From: Paraspadella gotoi
Lineage: Eukaryota > Animalia > Chaetognatha
Assembly: GCA_051294375.1 (NCBI GenBank)
Contig: JBJCIZ010000026.1
Location: forward strand, 1-41,216
Length of the DNA stretch: 41,216 nucleotides
Direction: 5' to 3'
Shown: positions 1 to 11,965 of the stretch, piece by piece
Position numbering within the stretch: position 1 is the stretch's first letter
Layout of the letters: each line of letters begins with the position of its first letter
The notes under the pieces: model-generated
Told to the model about the DNA's origin: nothing
What the model saw: only the letters and a program-made list of their open reading frames with translations
Databases searched by the model: none
Made by a program: the position numbers and the translations under genes

Positions 1-605
1 GTCCATCCATTGTGTTGCGTCGCATGACTAAAAAATTTATGTATAACAAATGTTTTATGACTTTCTTAGCCCACGCATTTATGACACGCACTGAATTGGA
101 ATTCCGTTTTTTATTCTTAATAGTTTTATGATTTCCTAAAGGCGGCGCTAGCAGTCACTTTGATTTCAGTTTTTTTTCTGTTTTAACTAACAACGCGAAC
201 TAGCAAATTATGAGCATTTTTAACGTAAGTAGAAAAGACTGACGGAAAGAACTACCCATCGACCAAAAAGTGACTTATTGAGTTGCTCCGCGATTACACG
301 AGGCGCAACTAAAAAACTAAAATTCTAATGTGTGTTGTAACTTTCTTATTACGTGTAATTCTGTGTATCTTCGACACATTTTGAATTTGAAGAATGTCTT
401 TTTTTCTTTATAGTTTTCTTTAAAAACAAAAGGCATCACTAGCAGTCGCTTAGATTTGAGATTCTATTCTTATCTTACCAAAAGAGCATCCAACTAACGT
501 AAGTTGGACTGACCGACGGACCGACAAAAAATACCGACCGACCGACCGACCTAAAAGTGACTCAAAGAGTTGCTCCGCGAGTATTTGCGGCGCAACTAAA
601 AACCC
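1..605 (+). mobile_element. Tandem ~290-bp non-autonomous repeat, DINE-1/Helentron(HINE)-like (2 full units plus the end of a third)
   Basis: Parallel blocks CTAGCAGTCRCTT (~148, ~439) and CGACCWAAAAGTGACT..GAGTTGCTCCGCGA..GGCGCAACTAAAAA (~260-316, ~547-602). GACC/GACG microsatellite at 510-550, terminal hairpin AGTTGC..GCAACT, similar end at 15-34. Family call is from architecture only. Confidence 0.45.
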
Positions 606-825
606 GGAAAAATATATCATTTATTCACGAGCTCATCGTAACCTCGTTCCTAAGCCGTGCCGGTTACGTGAGGGTTAAACATTTGCGACCTATCGATTAA
701 ACCCGTTTATTATTCAGTCGTCATTTTTTTTTGGTTCTCGCGATGAAATATTTTTGACATTTCACTGATCGCTTTTTTTTAGCGAGGTTGAGTTTTTTTG
801 TCGTATTTTGTCATCTGTGATAATC

Positions 826-1066
826 GTAATCATAATCGTTTTTTCATCATTATCATCATCATTACCGTCATCATTATCATAATAATTATTATCAACATTA
901 TAATTATCATTAACAATTTAACAGTATCATCATCGATATCATAATCCTAATCATCATTACTAACATTACAATTTTAATTTTCATTATCACTATCATCTTA
1001 AGTATCATCCTCATGATCATCATCTTCATCATCATCATCATCATCATCATCATTCATAAAGATGAT
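826..1066. repeat. Degenerate (ATC/ATT)n low-complexity tract
   Basis: Directly visible. Confidence 0.9.
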
Positions 1067-1302
1067 ATCATTTTCAAAAATTCGCCGCTCGTCCAACAAG
1101 ATGTAAATTGTCAACGCCCCCCCCAACCCACCCCCTTTAGCTTCAACCCCCCTGTTTCAGTCTGACTCTCTCCCCCTCTACTTTATCAGTCTCAACCCTT
1201 TTTCCTCCAGAGTCTAGACTCTCCAATCCCCGGCCAAGTCTCAACCCTTTTTGTCTTTCTCTCCCCTGGCTCCTTTCGACTTTATTTAGTCCACGGCTAC
1301 AG

Positions 1303-1890
1303 TCGGCCTTATTTTTCCAGAACGCCCCATTTTCTCTAAAATTCGTAATTAAGTTAATGATTAGGTTAAATGTCAGGGTTAGCTATTAGGTTAGGGATTA
1401 TGTTAGGGATTAGGTTAGCCATGTAGATTTGTAGATTTCTTAAAGATATATGTTAGGGGGCGAATCTTGCGTAGGGACCAATAAGCGCAAACGATGCCTG
1501 ACTTCAGCGGCAAGATCCAGGAAAAGCTCACAAATAAAAATTGGAGAGCATTGCTGATGTATGTTTGTGGTTATAAAATTTGCAGAACCTCAGACTAAAT
1601 AGGCTAAAAGACAATGAAGCAGCACTCCAGAAGGAGAAGTGGCAAATATAAAACACACACGGGGTATTTAAATATTATGGATAGGGTTAGGGTTTTGGGT
1701 TAGGGGATAAGGTTAGGTATTTAAATATTATGGATAGGGTTAGGGTTTTGGGTTAGGGGATAAGGTTAGGGATTTAAATATTATGGTTAGGGTTAGGGTT
1801 TTGGGTTAGGAATTGGGTTAAGTATTTGGTAAGGGATTAAGGTTTAGGGATGAGCAATAGAAATGAGGTGCTTTTAGAGAATAGCGCCGA
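1303..1890. mobile_element. MITE-like element with imperfect ~30-bp TIRs and internal TTAGGG-like repeats
   Basis: Left TCGGCCTTATTTTTCCAGAACGCCCCATTT versus reverse complement of right end TCGGCGCTATTCTCTAAAAGCACCTCATTT. TTAGG(G)-rich subterminal regions. No TSD seen. Confidence 0.6.
1663..1810. repeat. 53-bp tandem repeat, ~2.8 copies, inside the MITE
   Basis: GGTATTTAAATATTATGGATAGGGTTAGGGTTTTGGGTTAGGGGATAAGGTTA at 1663, 1716 and 1769. Confidence 0.9.
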
Positions 1891-2039
1891 ATAAAGTACT
1901 GAATATTTTTTTTTAATAATGCCGTGACCATGTTTTTTAGTCGGAAAACTGTTTAAAAAATTCTTTCTCCTCCGAATCGAGTTTTACATTATCATATTTT
2001 GTATTTTTTATTCTTCTTTCTTTTTTTTTAAAGTTTAAT

Positions 2040-2217
2040 AAAGAAGAAAAAAAATGAAGATGAGAAAAAAGTTGGAAAGAAAGAAAGGGGAGGAAAATAT
2101 ATGGAGAGAAGGAAGAGGAGGAGGAGGAGGAGAAGAAAAAAAAGAGTGGGTGGGGAGAGAGAAATCAGAGGTGGGAGGGTGGGAGGAGAAAAGAAAAGAA
2201 AAAGAAGAGGGAGAGGT

Positions 2218-2308
<91 letters not shown>

Positions 2309-2311
2309 AAA
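2040..2311. repeat. Purine-rich tract ending in an (AAAG)n microsatellite
   Basis: Perfect AAAG run ~2220-2311. Confidence 0.95.
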
Positions 2312-2559
2312 AATTATTTTACATGAATTGGCTGACCTAACATTATAAAGTTTTTATTCGACATGTAAAAAAAATTACGTTAAATTAATTATAGAGTAAT
2401 GTACCGGGAAAAAAAGCAGACTGAGTCTTTTGTTAGTCGAAGATGACAAAGTCTTTTGTCAGTCGATTATGACTGACAAGATGGAGGCAAAGAAAAAAAA
2501 ACCTGAATGAAAAAAAAGCTTTTGGGGAAATAGAGAGGCGAATATATTCTGTGCGCGTT

Positions 2560-2605
<46 letters not shown>

Positions 2606-2958
2606 CAGACAATTCCTTCCCCTCTTTTGATGCGACATGGAAAATGCTTTGAAAAAAAAATTTCGGAGGAAATCTCTGCCCAAGAGTTGGAGTCTCTTCT
2701 TGGGAGGAAAGGGGAGACATGCTGAAGGGGGATGAAGGACATGGTAGAAGGGATAATAGACATGGTGGAGGATGGACATGGAGAAAACGGAAAACCGATT
2801 CCATTAAATAGGAAAGTAAAAAGGGAAAAAAAAAGGAAAAAATTAAAAGTGGAATGATTATGAGTCGACAATGTGTGGACAGACTTTCGAATGACATGCG
2901 ATGGACGATGCACCAAGATTTTTTTTCTCTTCCTCTCTTTCTTTCTCTTGCTGTTTCT

Positions 2959-3007
<49 letters not shown>

Positions 3008-3049
3008 GTCTGGAAGATATGCGACGGTCGAATCTGAGTAGAACCATCA

Positions 3050-3679
3050 TGTTTATATATTCAAAATAAGTTCGGAGAAGTGGCGTCTTTGAATTCTAAC
3101 TGAACTGACTGGACTAATTCTGCGCATTGAAGACCAGATGGGAAACCGGGTATAAAATGGCGCAGAAGAGACGATGGCGCCGGTCCAGACGCCCTGGAGA
3201 TGCTGACGACAAAGTCTCAGTAGACGACGTCGGCTAAGGCCGAAATGACGACTGTCTACGAAGCCCAGGACTTGACAGATGTCTGTAAAGCTTGTAGTCG
3301 TTGAAGTTGCTGTAGTCTTAGAAGGAAGTCTTTTAGTGTGAAGCTGCTTGTAGTTAGAAGTCCTGGGCAAAGAATAACAAAACATTTAGTACAAACTCAG
3401 CAAATATATATAAATTTTAAAGTGTCTTTCTTACTTGGTTTCTGAAGCAAATATATACCAAAAAGAGATGCTTCTCTCATAGAAAAGTCCACCAAACCAG
3501 CGATCACACAAAAATAAGATTCCGAGATATCTGATAAGAGTCTAAATAAGCTCTGAAAAGAACTAAAAACCCAGTGACAAACTTTGAGATCTGAAGATGC
3601 CACATGTCCAGAAATTCGATAAGAATCTTAATCGAAATCTATCGAAATCACGGGCACCAATCAGAAATCAGCTGTAACA
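3050..3679. mobile_element. Possible solo LTR or LTR-element fragment
   Basis: Complex island with TGTT...AACA ends and GGTATAAAA at ~3149-3157. No matching TSD and no second copy in the window. Confidence 0.25.
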
Positions 3680-3901
3680 CTGCCTTCGGAATTCTGTACT
3701 TAAGTATAAACAAAAGAAAGAGCCTAAAATGTCGTGTCGATCGCTAGAAACGGTGGCATTTTCGATGTCAATATAAAGAGCAAAAAGAGCAACGGGAAAA
3801 GGTAGAGAAGCTGGATTTCCTCGAATATTAAAGATAGTTTATTTCGTAACACCCCCGCATATTGGGTATGTCAAGCATACCAAATACCTTGAGCATGTCT
3901 A

Positions 3902-4101
3902 NNNNNNNNNNNNNNNNNNNNNNNNNNNNNNNNNNNNNNNNNNNNNNNNNNNNNNNNNNNNNNNNNNNNNNNNNNNNNNNNNNNNNNNNNNNNNNNNNNN
4001 NNNNNNNNNNNNNNNNNNNNNNNNNNNNNNNNNNNNNNNNNNNNNNNNNNNNNNNNNNNNNNNNNNNNNNNNNNNNNNNNNNNNNNNNNNNNNNNNNNNN
4101 N
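3902..4101. other. Assembly gap (200 N)
   Basis: N run. Confidence 1.
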
Positions 4102-4137
<36 letters not shown>

Positions 4138-4557
4138 ATGACCCAAGCCCAATCTTTCTACAAACCACAACAAAAAATTCTCCAATTTTTTTATTTTTTG
4201 AATAATCAATGATACTATCGATAAACGTTTTGATTTATTGATTGATTGATTTATTTATTGATTCAATTATACTTTCATTCAATCATAATTTCATTCATTT
4301 CACGGTAATCAATTTATTTTTTAAAGCTTCTTTACAAGCAAAACGCTAACTTCAGCAAGCAGCGCCCCTTCAACTAGAAGGAAAGCGCCGTCGGTAGTTC
4401 GCTACTACCGGAAGCAGAACGCCGTTTTAGTTAAAGGAGCGCCGCTATTCACGCCATTTCCGTTTGTGTATTACGGGTTTAAGCCGCCCCAGTCGAGGGG
4501 AAATATGCAAATGAGAGAGCCGGAAAATATATAACCCCAAAGGATTACAGGTGGAAG

Positions 4558-4601
<44 letters not shown>

Positions 4602-4733
4602 AATAGTTAAAAGAAAGGAAAAAATTAAAAAAGAAAAGAAGAGAAAAAAATAATGATAAAATGAGAGAGAAGAAAAAGAAAAAAAAGAGAGAAAGAAAGA
4701 GAGAGAGAGACGGAGAGAGAGAGTGAGAAAGAC

Positions 4734-4771
<38 letters not shown>

Positions 4772-5274
4772 TGTTTTAGTCAAAGTGCATTGTTTTTCCC
4801 CGCTCCTGCCGCCATGCCATGCCATGACATCTGCTTGATTTTTATTTACTCTGGTTTGTAGCCTTTTTTTTTCCATTACATCTTTTCCGCTAAGTCAACA
4901 TATAGTATTATCATTGTTTGGAATTTCGGGCTTTTTTTTTTCGAGTGCAACGTGGATAATTGGGTATATGTCTAAGAACATAAAAATAAAAACAATATCA
5001 CAATGTAACTAAAAAGATTTAATAAAAAATGTATGACAATGGTTTTAAAAGGTTTTCAAAAATTAAACTAATAGAATAGTAGTTTCTTTACTTTTAGTAT
5101 ACATGCTGTTTATTCTGAATAAAATAGGGATATCTTTAAATTAACTAAGGATAATGCATAATAAGGCTATGCGATGGTGTTATTCTCCAAAGAGGGACTG
5201 CAGAAGAATTTTAAGACTTTCTCATGTATAAGAAATCTTTTTGACTCTTTTATGATGACGTCCCTTTAAGACGG

Positions 5275-5276
<2 letters not shown>

Positions 5277-5365
<89 letters not shown>
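5277..5365. repeat. (AG)n microsatellite (others at 2562-2602, 2965-3006, 4560-4597, 19321-19428, 21770-21858, 29258-29375)
   Basis: Directly visible. Confidence 0.95.
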
Positions 5366-5367
<2 letters not shown>

Positions 5368-5519
5368 AAGGATTGGAAAGAGAGATTCATGATTTTCCCT
5401 TCGTCCCCCAGTCATGCCCCAAAAACGCTCTCTCGTACTTTTTCTTTCTGATGCGCAACTCCGTCCTTGCTCCTGCTCCTCCTGCTCCTGCTCCTTCTAC
5501 TCCTCCTCTTCTTTCCTTT

Positions 5520-5760
5520 CCTCCTCCGCGTCGCGACGCAGCGGAGCCGCGGAGCAGCCACACGTATCCCTGGGCTTCGTTCATTGGTGGATCTTCTCCC
5601 AAAGCGAACGTTGATTGGTTTAAATCATCGCCAGTCGCTGATTGGCCGACGCGGAAGGTCGCGTCGCAAGATCGGCTCCGATGGGGAACGGATCGATTCC
5701 GGCTTCAGTTTGAGCTGGTCGGCGGTCTGTCGTTTCTCGGGATTGTCTGGGCCGAGACTT
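5520..5760 (+). promoter_or_regulatory. CpG-rich promoter-like island with three inverted CCAAT boxes
   Basis: ATTGG at 5583, 5614 and 5641; TTTAAA 5619-5624; CGGAAG 5652-5657; YY1-like CAAGAT(C)GGC 5667-5676. Motif match only. Confidence 0.3.
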
Positions 5761-6070
5761 CTCTTTTTTCTCTCTCTCTCCTCTCCTCTCTCTCTCTCCT
5801 CTTCCTATCTTCTCTCCCATCTCATCTCCTCTCCTCTCCTCCTCTGCTCCTCTCTCGTCTCTTCTGTCCTCGGCCTCGCCGTAACAGGGATGACGCGAAA
5901 GGCCGTGAATTGCCAATAAGAGGACCGGTGTCTCTTTCCAAATCTTTTTTCACTTAACTCTCTCCTCTTTCGGTTTTTCTTTTCTCACTTCTCCGCTATC
6001 CGACATTTTTTAGAAAAGATTCCTCGACTCTCCTTCCTCCCTCTCTCCTCTCTCTCACTTCCACCTCTCG

Positions 6071-6095
6071 NNNNNNNNNNNNNNNNNNNNNNNNN
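6071..6095. other. 25-N gap (same length at 12285-12309, 17187-17211, 25742-25766)
   Basis: Four gaps of exactly 25 N, a fixed placeholder length. Confidence 1.
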
Positions 6096-7554
6096 AAATT
6101 TTTTTTTTGTTTTTCACGAATAATCAAAATTAAAAATGGAAAAATATTGCATAAATCGACTTTTTATGTCGAAAAAAAAAATGATAAAAAAATAATAATA
6201 AAATCCATTCGTCGAAGGATTAAAACGTTTTTAAAGGATTACTTCTCTCTGGATAAAATGAAAAATAAAATGAAATAAAATGAAACGAAACGAAAGGAAA
6301 ACAAAAGAAAAAAAGGAAAACAAAATGAAACAAAAGGCAGTCAAAAAACGAAACAAAAGGAAATAAAAAAAACAAACAAAACAAACAAAACAAACACAGT
6401 TTCGTAAAACGTTCGTTCTTTCTCCGAAACTAGATCGTACAGAGGTACGTTATCAATTTTTTTTTAGTCTATTTATTTTTAAATCAATCTATTTGTATTC
6501 TGTTTCTTTCTTAATATATATATATATCTCTGGTCTTCTTCTTTCTTCTTTTTTACCTTTCTCTGTCACTCTCTCTCTCTCATTCAAAAAACAGGGACGA
6601 CGACCGACGACACACACAAAACAACTGCGACGAACACTACAACCAACGACACGACCGACACACCACAACACGACCGACGACGATGACCCCGACATTCACC
6701 ATATCGATTCGACACTGCGAGGGCCACGTAAAGATTGGGGCATAGTGATATGAAGGGTGGTTTAGAACGAGGACATCATCCCTGGGGCAGAATCAGGGTG
6801 GAGAATGGAGAGGGAAAAGAAAAGAGCGAAGGGAGACGGAGAAAATTCCCCATTCGCCTCGAAGTCACCTTCTTGTACGCGTGCCGACCCTCAGACAACC
6901 CCCCTCGCGTTCCCGAACGGATAATTTTTTTTCTTCGCAAAGGACGACGGATCAGAGATCAAAGATACGACGAGCTAATCTTCGAAATTGGACCGGATTC
7001 GATAATGAATAAGATTTGTTATTCTACACTTTAAGATTGGGATGAAGTGGGTAAGTTATTCCCAACTAAACAAGAAAGAAGTAAGGAAGAGGAAAGCGAC
7101 ATCGAACATCTGGTGAAATATATACATTATTTTGTTATAAAAATAATAACTATATAGTATAATTTAGATTAGGAAAAGTTTTTTCACAACAAAATTTTTG
7201 ATAAAAATAGTCGATCTTAGTTTCAAACCTATCACACTGTCTACAATTTAAAACCAACGAAAAAAAAATAGAAAAAAAACACTAAATGATAAATCTAATT
7301 AATACATACAAATCATACAACTTGAGAATTATCAATACATCTTCTATAAACCTTTGTAAATTTTATTGGTGAGAAAAATCTGTTTTTTGGCTCCAACGAG
7401 AAGAAGGAGGAAACATAAATCTCTCCGCGAAGAAGAAAAACGTTTTGTATCGCAAAAATTTTAGAGCGAGAGAGGCGCGCATTTTAGAAATTTTTGACGA
7501 GGCAGAAGAGAATCTTGCAACCAAAAATCTTGACGGAAATATATTGTAGATGGA

Positions 7555-10500
7555 GAGAGAGAGAAGAAAGAAATAGTTAAAAGAAAGGAAAAAATTAAAA
7601 AAGAAAAGAAGAGAAAAATAATGATCAACACGGATGGGTGAGGCTTTGACGGAAGAAGAGAATGAAAAAAAAGACAGAGCAAAAAGAAAGAAGAGAGAGA
7701 GAGACGGCTGCGAGAGCGCGCCAGAAGTGAAATTAAGATGCATGAGCCACAAATAAAAAGTGCCTTATTGCAACCAAATTTAAACTAGCATCTCGCCCTG
7801 ATTTGGATAGACAAGGGTCGAGTAGACATGTGAGGTGTTTAGGCGTCTAACAAAATTAGTAACAAGATTTCCCAAAACCATAGACAAAACATTGGCATAT
7901 TTAAAAATAAATTTCTCAAATTTTTCACAAATCTGCATTTAAATCAATCCTCACAGAAAATACAATCAGTTTAAAGGCCCTCATATAACTGATGTTAGAA
8001 AAAAGGAAAAACGATGGGTTAGAAATAAAACAAGAACAACAAATCGAACAAAACAAAAAAAACAAAGACAACAAGGAAAAAAAGAAACCGAAAGCCTAAA
8101 ATTAAAAAAGAAAAATCGAAAGCACTTGAACCAAAAAAATTTGTCGGAACATGGAAATGAGAGAATGAATCTTCCGCCGCCAAAAGTGTTCATTTTTTCG
8201 AGAAACCAAATGATCAGGAGAAGAAGACCTTCAGAGGAGGAGACGGGGATGTAGAGACCGAAAGAGAAAAGCGTGTTTAGTCAGAATAAGAAAAGAAGAA
8301 GTATAGAAGTCATAGTTGTCTTGTGCCTTGCCGCTCCTGCCAGACCGAAGTGCCAATTCCACATGTAACATCGGAGGGAGAGGAGTCGGTGCTTAGATTT
8401 TTATTTACGTATGAGAGGGGCGTTGAATTGAGGCCTGTAAATTTAGATATGATTCCGAATTAACATCTTTTCCGACTCAGAAGTCAACTTATAGGATAGT
8501 ATTAATCATTGTTTGGAATTTCGAGAGGCTGGTTTTTTTTGAATGCGGGATGAACGAACGGAATGGGAGAATAATTGAACAAGAACGCGACGACATTTGA
8601 TATATGTACTAAAAACATAAAAATATAAAAAGACTAATGTTGCATGAAATCGATCACCAATGTAACTTATTAAAGAGAGACAATATTAGATTAAAAAGAC
8701 TGTCTATTTACTATTCCGATGGCACCATTATAGTTTTAATTAAGAGAGATTTACATATATAAAAAGTATGCTAAACCTAAGGCGTTTATAAATAGCCCTG
8801 TTAAATAAGCAGTATTATGTTTCTTATATTAAACTACGTAAGTTTAGATAAAATAGACACTGAATTGAAGCTGAGTTTGATTACTGAAGATAACATAGAG
8901 AGAGAGACATATCTAGAGACATGACATAAGATTAAGCCTGACAAGATACAGATGCAAATCAAACGGCTATGCAACCGGATAGGATACAAAAGTAGTCGAA
9001 AGGGGGTATTTCTCCCGAAATAGCATTCGGGGGCAGCCTGCAGAAGAATTTTAGAGACCTTTCTATGTATAGAGAAATCTTTTTGGATAAGCGTATTATA
9101 TGATATATATCGATGATACAACGTCCCTTGTAATCAGAGGCGAGCCGGAGCAGAAGAAAAAAAAGCGATGTCTGAACGAATGCAAAACGAACGAGTGAAG
9201 CGAAAGGCGAAGAAGGAAGAATATTTCTGATGCATCGGAGTCTATTAAGGTTGACGTAACGTTTTTATCGCGCATCTTCGATTTGCGAATTTTGAAGTGA
9301 GAGATTTTTTGTGATATCTGTTTCGTGAGATGCTTGAAGAGGGAAATATTGAGAAGAGAGGGGGAGGAAGGAAGAAGAAGGAGGAGCGGAGGAAAGAGGG
9401 GAGGAGAGAGAGAGAGGAGATTGAAAGAAGATTAAGAAAAAAGAGGGAGAGATTCGAGAAGGAGTGAATTTGTCCCTTGCGGAAATCCAACAACCAAGAG
9501 AGTCAAAGCTCCACCGCAAAAGGAAAGACAGGCTAAAGCGTATACGGTAACTATTAGTGTGGAGAGACGAAATCAATAATCTAGGAGGAAGGAAAGGTAG
9601 AGAGGAAGGGAGAGTGCAGAGGAGAGGTGGAGGAAGAAGCAGACGAAGAAGAACAGCTCCGAGCAGAGGTCACCGATTGACTACGGAGAAAGCTTGCTAC
9701 CTCCGGCTCGGGAGAGACGTGCGGTACGACTGTCTACTGCCGTAACTTGAACATGTACTTTCAAAATATAAGGTCCTCAAGCGTAGCGATGAACACGCGA
9801 TTTCGACTTGAGAGACTGAACAAAAGGCCAGGAACAGCGGAAGCAGCGAGCGAACAACGTATATATCTAACCTGGAGCGATAATCAGAAAGTTCGAAAAT
9901 TTGATGGGGAGAAAATACTAGGAAGTGCGTGCAGCGGAACACTCCGAAAGGAAGAAGAGGAAGAGAAAAAAAGGCGAGAGAAAACGAGAGGAATCGGTAG
10001 GTAAAGTGATAAGTGATAAGAGAAGATAATTTATAAGAATCATGCAGACCACAGTCCGAGAAACATAGATGTGAGAGCCCACGACGCCGGAAAGATATGC
10101 GAGGGAGAGTCGAAAGCGAAAAGATCGGGAACTGAGAGCTAACCTTGAGAAACTCGGGAGAAAGAATCCCGATAGGATCCTCCATGAGAGCTTAGTCAAG
10201 TGAAGAGACATCGATTGAGCTGAGACATCTAAACGGAATTTTATGAGTTTTTGTTCTTGGCGTCTTCGTTTCTGCGAGGGATTTTTGAGCTTTCGTGGCT
10301 CTGAAGAACCCTCGAATAACTCTTCGATAAACATAAACGGCTTGGCAGATGGCGGAGGTTGGGAGGACGATAACAAGAAGAATTCCAAAACCAAAATTAT
10401 AAAACACGAACCAACATGCGATAACAATGAACATGCTCTTCTATAAATAAAAAGAAAACGTATTACACAAAAGAAATACAGTAAAATAAATAAAAAACTT

Positions 10501-11965
10501 TTTAAAAAGACAATGTGTAAGAGAAAGCACGTACAAGAAAGACTGCGAGAAGAGAAAGAGAAGATGCAAGAGAAGGAAATGAGCATATACATGCCTCTAA
10601 GTGCATGAAGACGTCACATCACAAGATGAACGTGCACAAAAGAGATATGCATACAAATGTCATCACAGAGCAGCGATCCGAGAGCAGAATTGCCTAAAAT
10701 TAGAAGAGCGGTGAATAAAAAATAGAAATGATCATCTTCCATTATCAAATTATAACCCAATATTATAATATATAAAAATAAATTCCCTTTACTATTACTA
10801 GAGCGTATACAGGCGTAAAGGGTGCAAAAAGAGACGTATGGGTGACACTGCGGTGTGGTGCCGTTCTCGGACGAAACCCGTTTGTCTAAAGAGAAATGAA
10901 ACATCCCGACCAGACTTGCGTCGACCTCTCATGCTCTTAGGAGACCCTAAAACGCCGAACCTCGTTAAGATGCGGAGTGACCCCCTGCTTGGTGGCGCTA
11001 CTCTTCCTGTATAGGGCCTCTCGCGGGCAAGGGGGGAGTTGAGATGAGAAGGGCTTCGCGTTGCCGTGTTCGTCCTCGATCTTCTCGTCGGCGGTCTCTT
11101 CTCTATCTCTCCTCCTCTCGCCCACTCTGTCCGAATCGCGTCTCCTTCTTTATTCTCATTTTTAATCTAAGGTTAAGGATGTGGATTAGTGCGCCTGAAT
11201 TGAAGAATTACAGGCGCTCTCGGTAAGCGTAGCTATTCCGGCACACCTGTTTTCTTATAACACCCCCTCTAGCGCCATTGGAAACGGGTCCTGGGCTTGG
11301 AAAACCCAGGGCGTTATTACCCGAGAAACGGCATTTTTTTTTCTCCCCTCTCCCCCCTCAAGGCGCACAATTTTTTTTTTTGTTTCTTACACGAATTAAC
11401 TCGATAAATTAAAAATGGAAAAACCTCTAATTGCATAAAGCGAGCTTTGTTATGTCGAAAAAAAAAAATGGATAAAAAAATAATAATAATAAATATATCC
11501 ACTCTATCGCGTGCGGAACGGATTAAAACGTTTTTAAAAGGCGGAATTCCGAGATTTACTCTCCCTCTGGATAAAAATAGGAAAATAAAATGAGAAGGTA
11601 TAAACCTTAAATTGGACCAACGAACAACGAAAGGAAAAAAAAAACAAAAAGGAAAACAAAATTGAAACAAAAGGCCAGGTCAAAAACGAAACAAAAGGAA
11701 ATAAAAAAACCAAACGACCCAAAACCAAACAATGAAACCGGAAACGACAAGCGAGTGTCGAATTTAAAGACGTACGTTGCGTGGACAGGATACTCCACAC
11801 GAAGCATAGAAGGTCGTTACAGAGGGTACGAAGATATCAAATTATAAGGTTAATTTATAGTCTATTAATAATTCTTATAAACAATAGGCATTCGTAGTTT
11901 GTCATTCTGTTTGCTTTCCTAAAATATATATGATATATCTCTTGCTCTGTCTCTCTTCTCTTCGA
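7555..11965 (+). repeat. Insertion-rich, stretched colinear copy of ~4560-6560 (probable raw long-read sequence)
   Basis: Colinear anchors: 4596/7566, 4764/8264, 4881/8466, 5198/9038, 5861/11003, 6096/11369, 6331/11667, 6490/11895. Differences are mostly scattered insertions. Confidence 0.8.
11180..11312 (-). mobile_element. 3' fragment of the tRNA-Met SINE-like family
   Basis: TATAACACCCCCTCTAGC..GGAAACGGGTCCTGGGCTTGGAA matches ~30035-30078. Confidence 0.6.

Noticed and set aside
1340-1850. True telomere
   Set aside because: Degenerate, internal and enclosed by inverted repeats.
3641-3660. tRNA-His PBS on the minus strand (TGGTGCCCGTGATTTCGAT)
   Set aside because: Imperfect match, overlaps a CCAAT motif, and no LTR or gag is identifiable beside it.
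6700-7040. Possible exon
   Set aside because: Complex sequence, but no recognisable protein motif or convincing splice signals.
9697-11226. Longer ORFs (162 and 224 aa) as genes
   Set aside because: They lie in the error-inflated copy of 4.6-6.6 kb and show no recognisable motifs.
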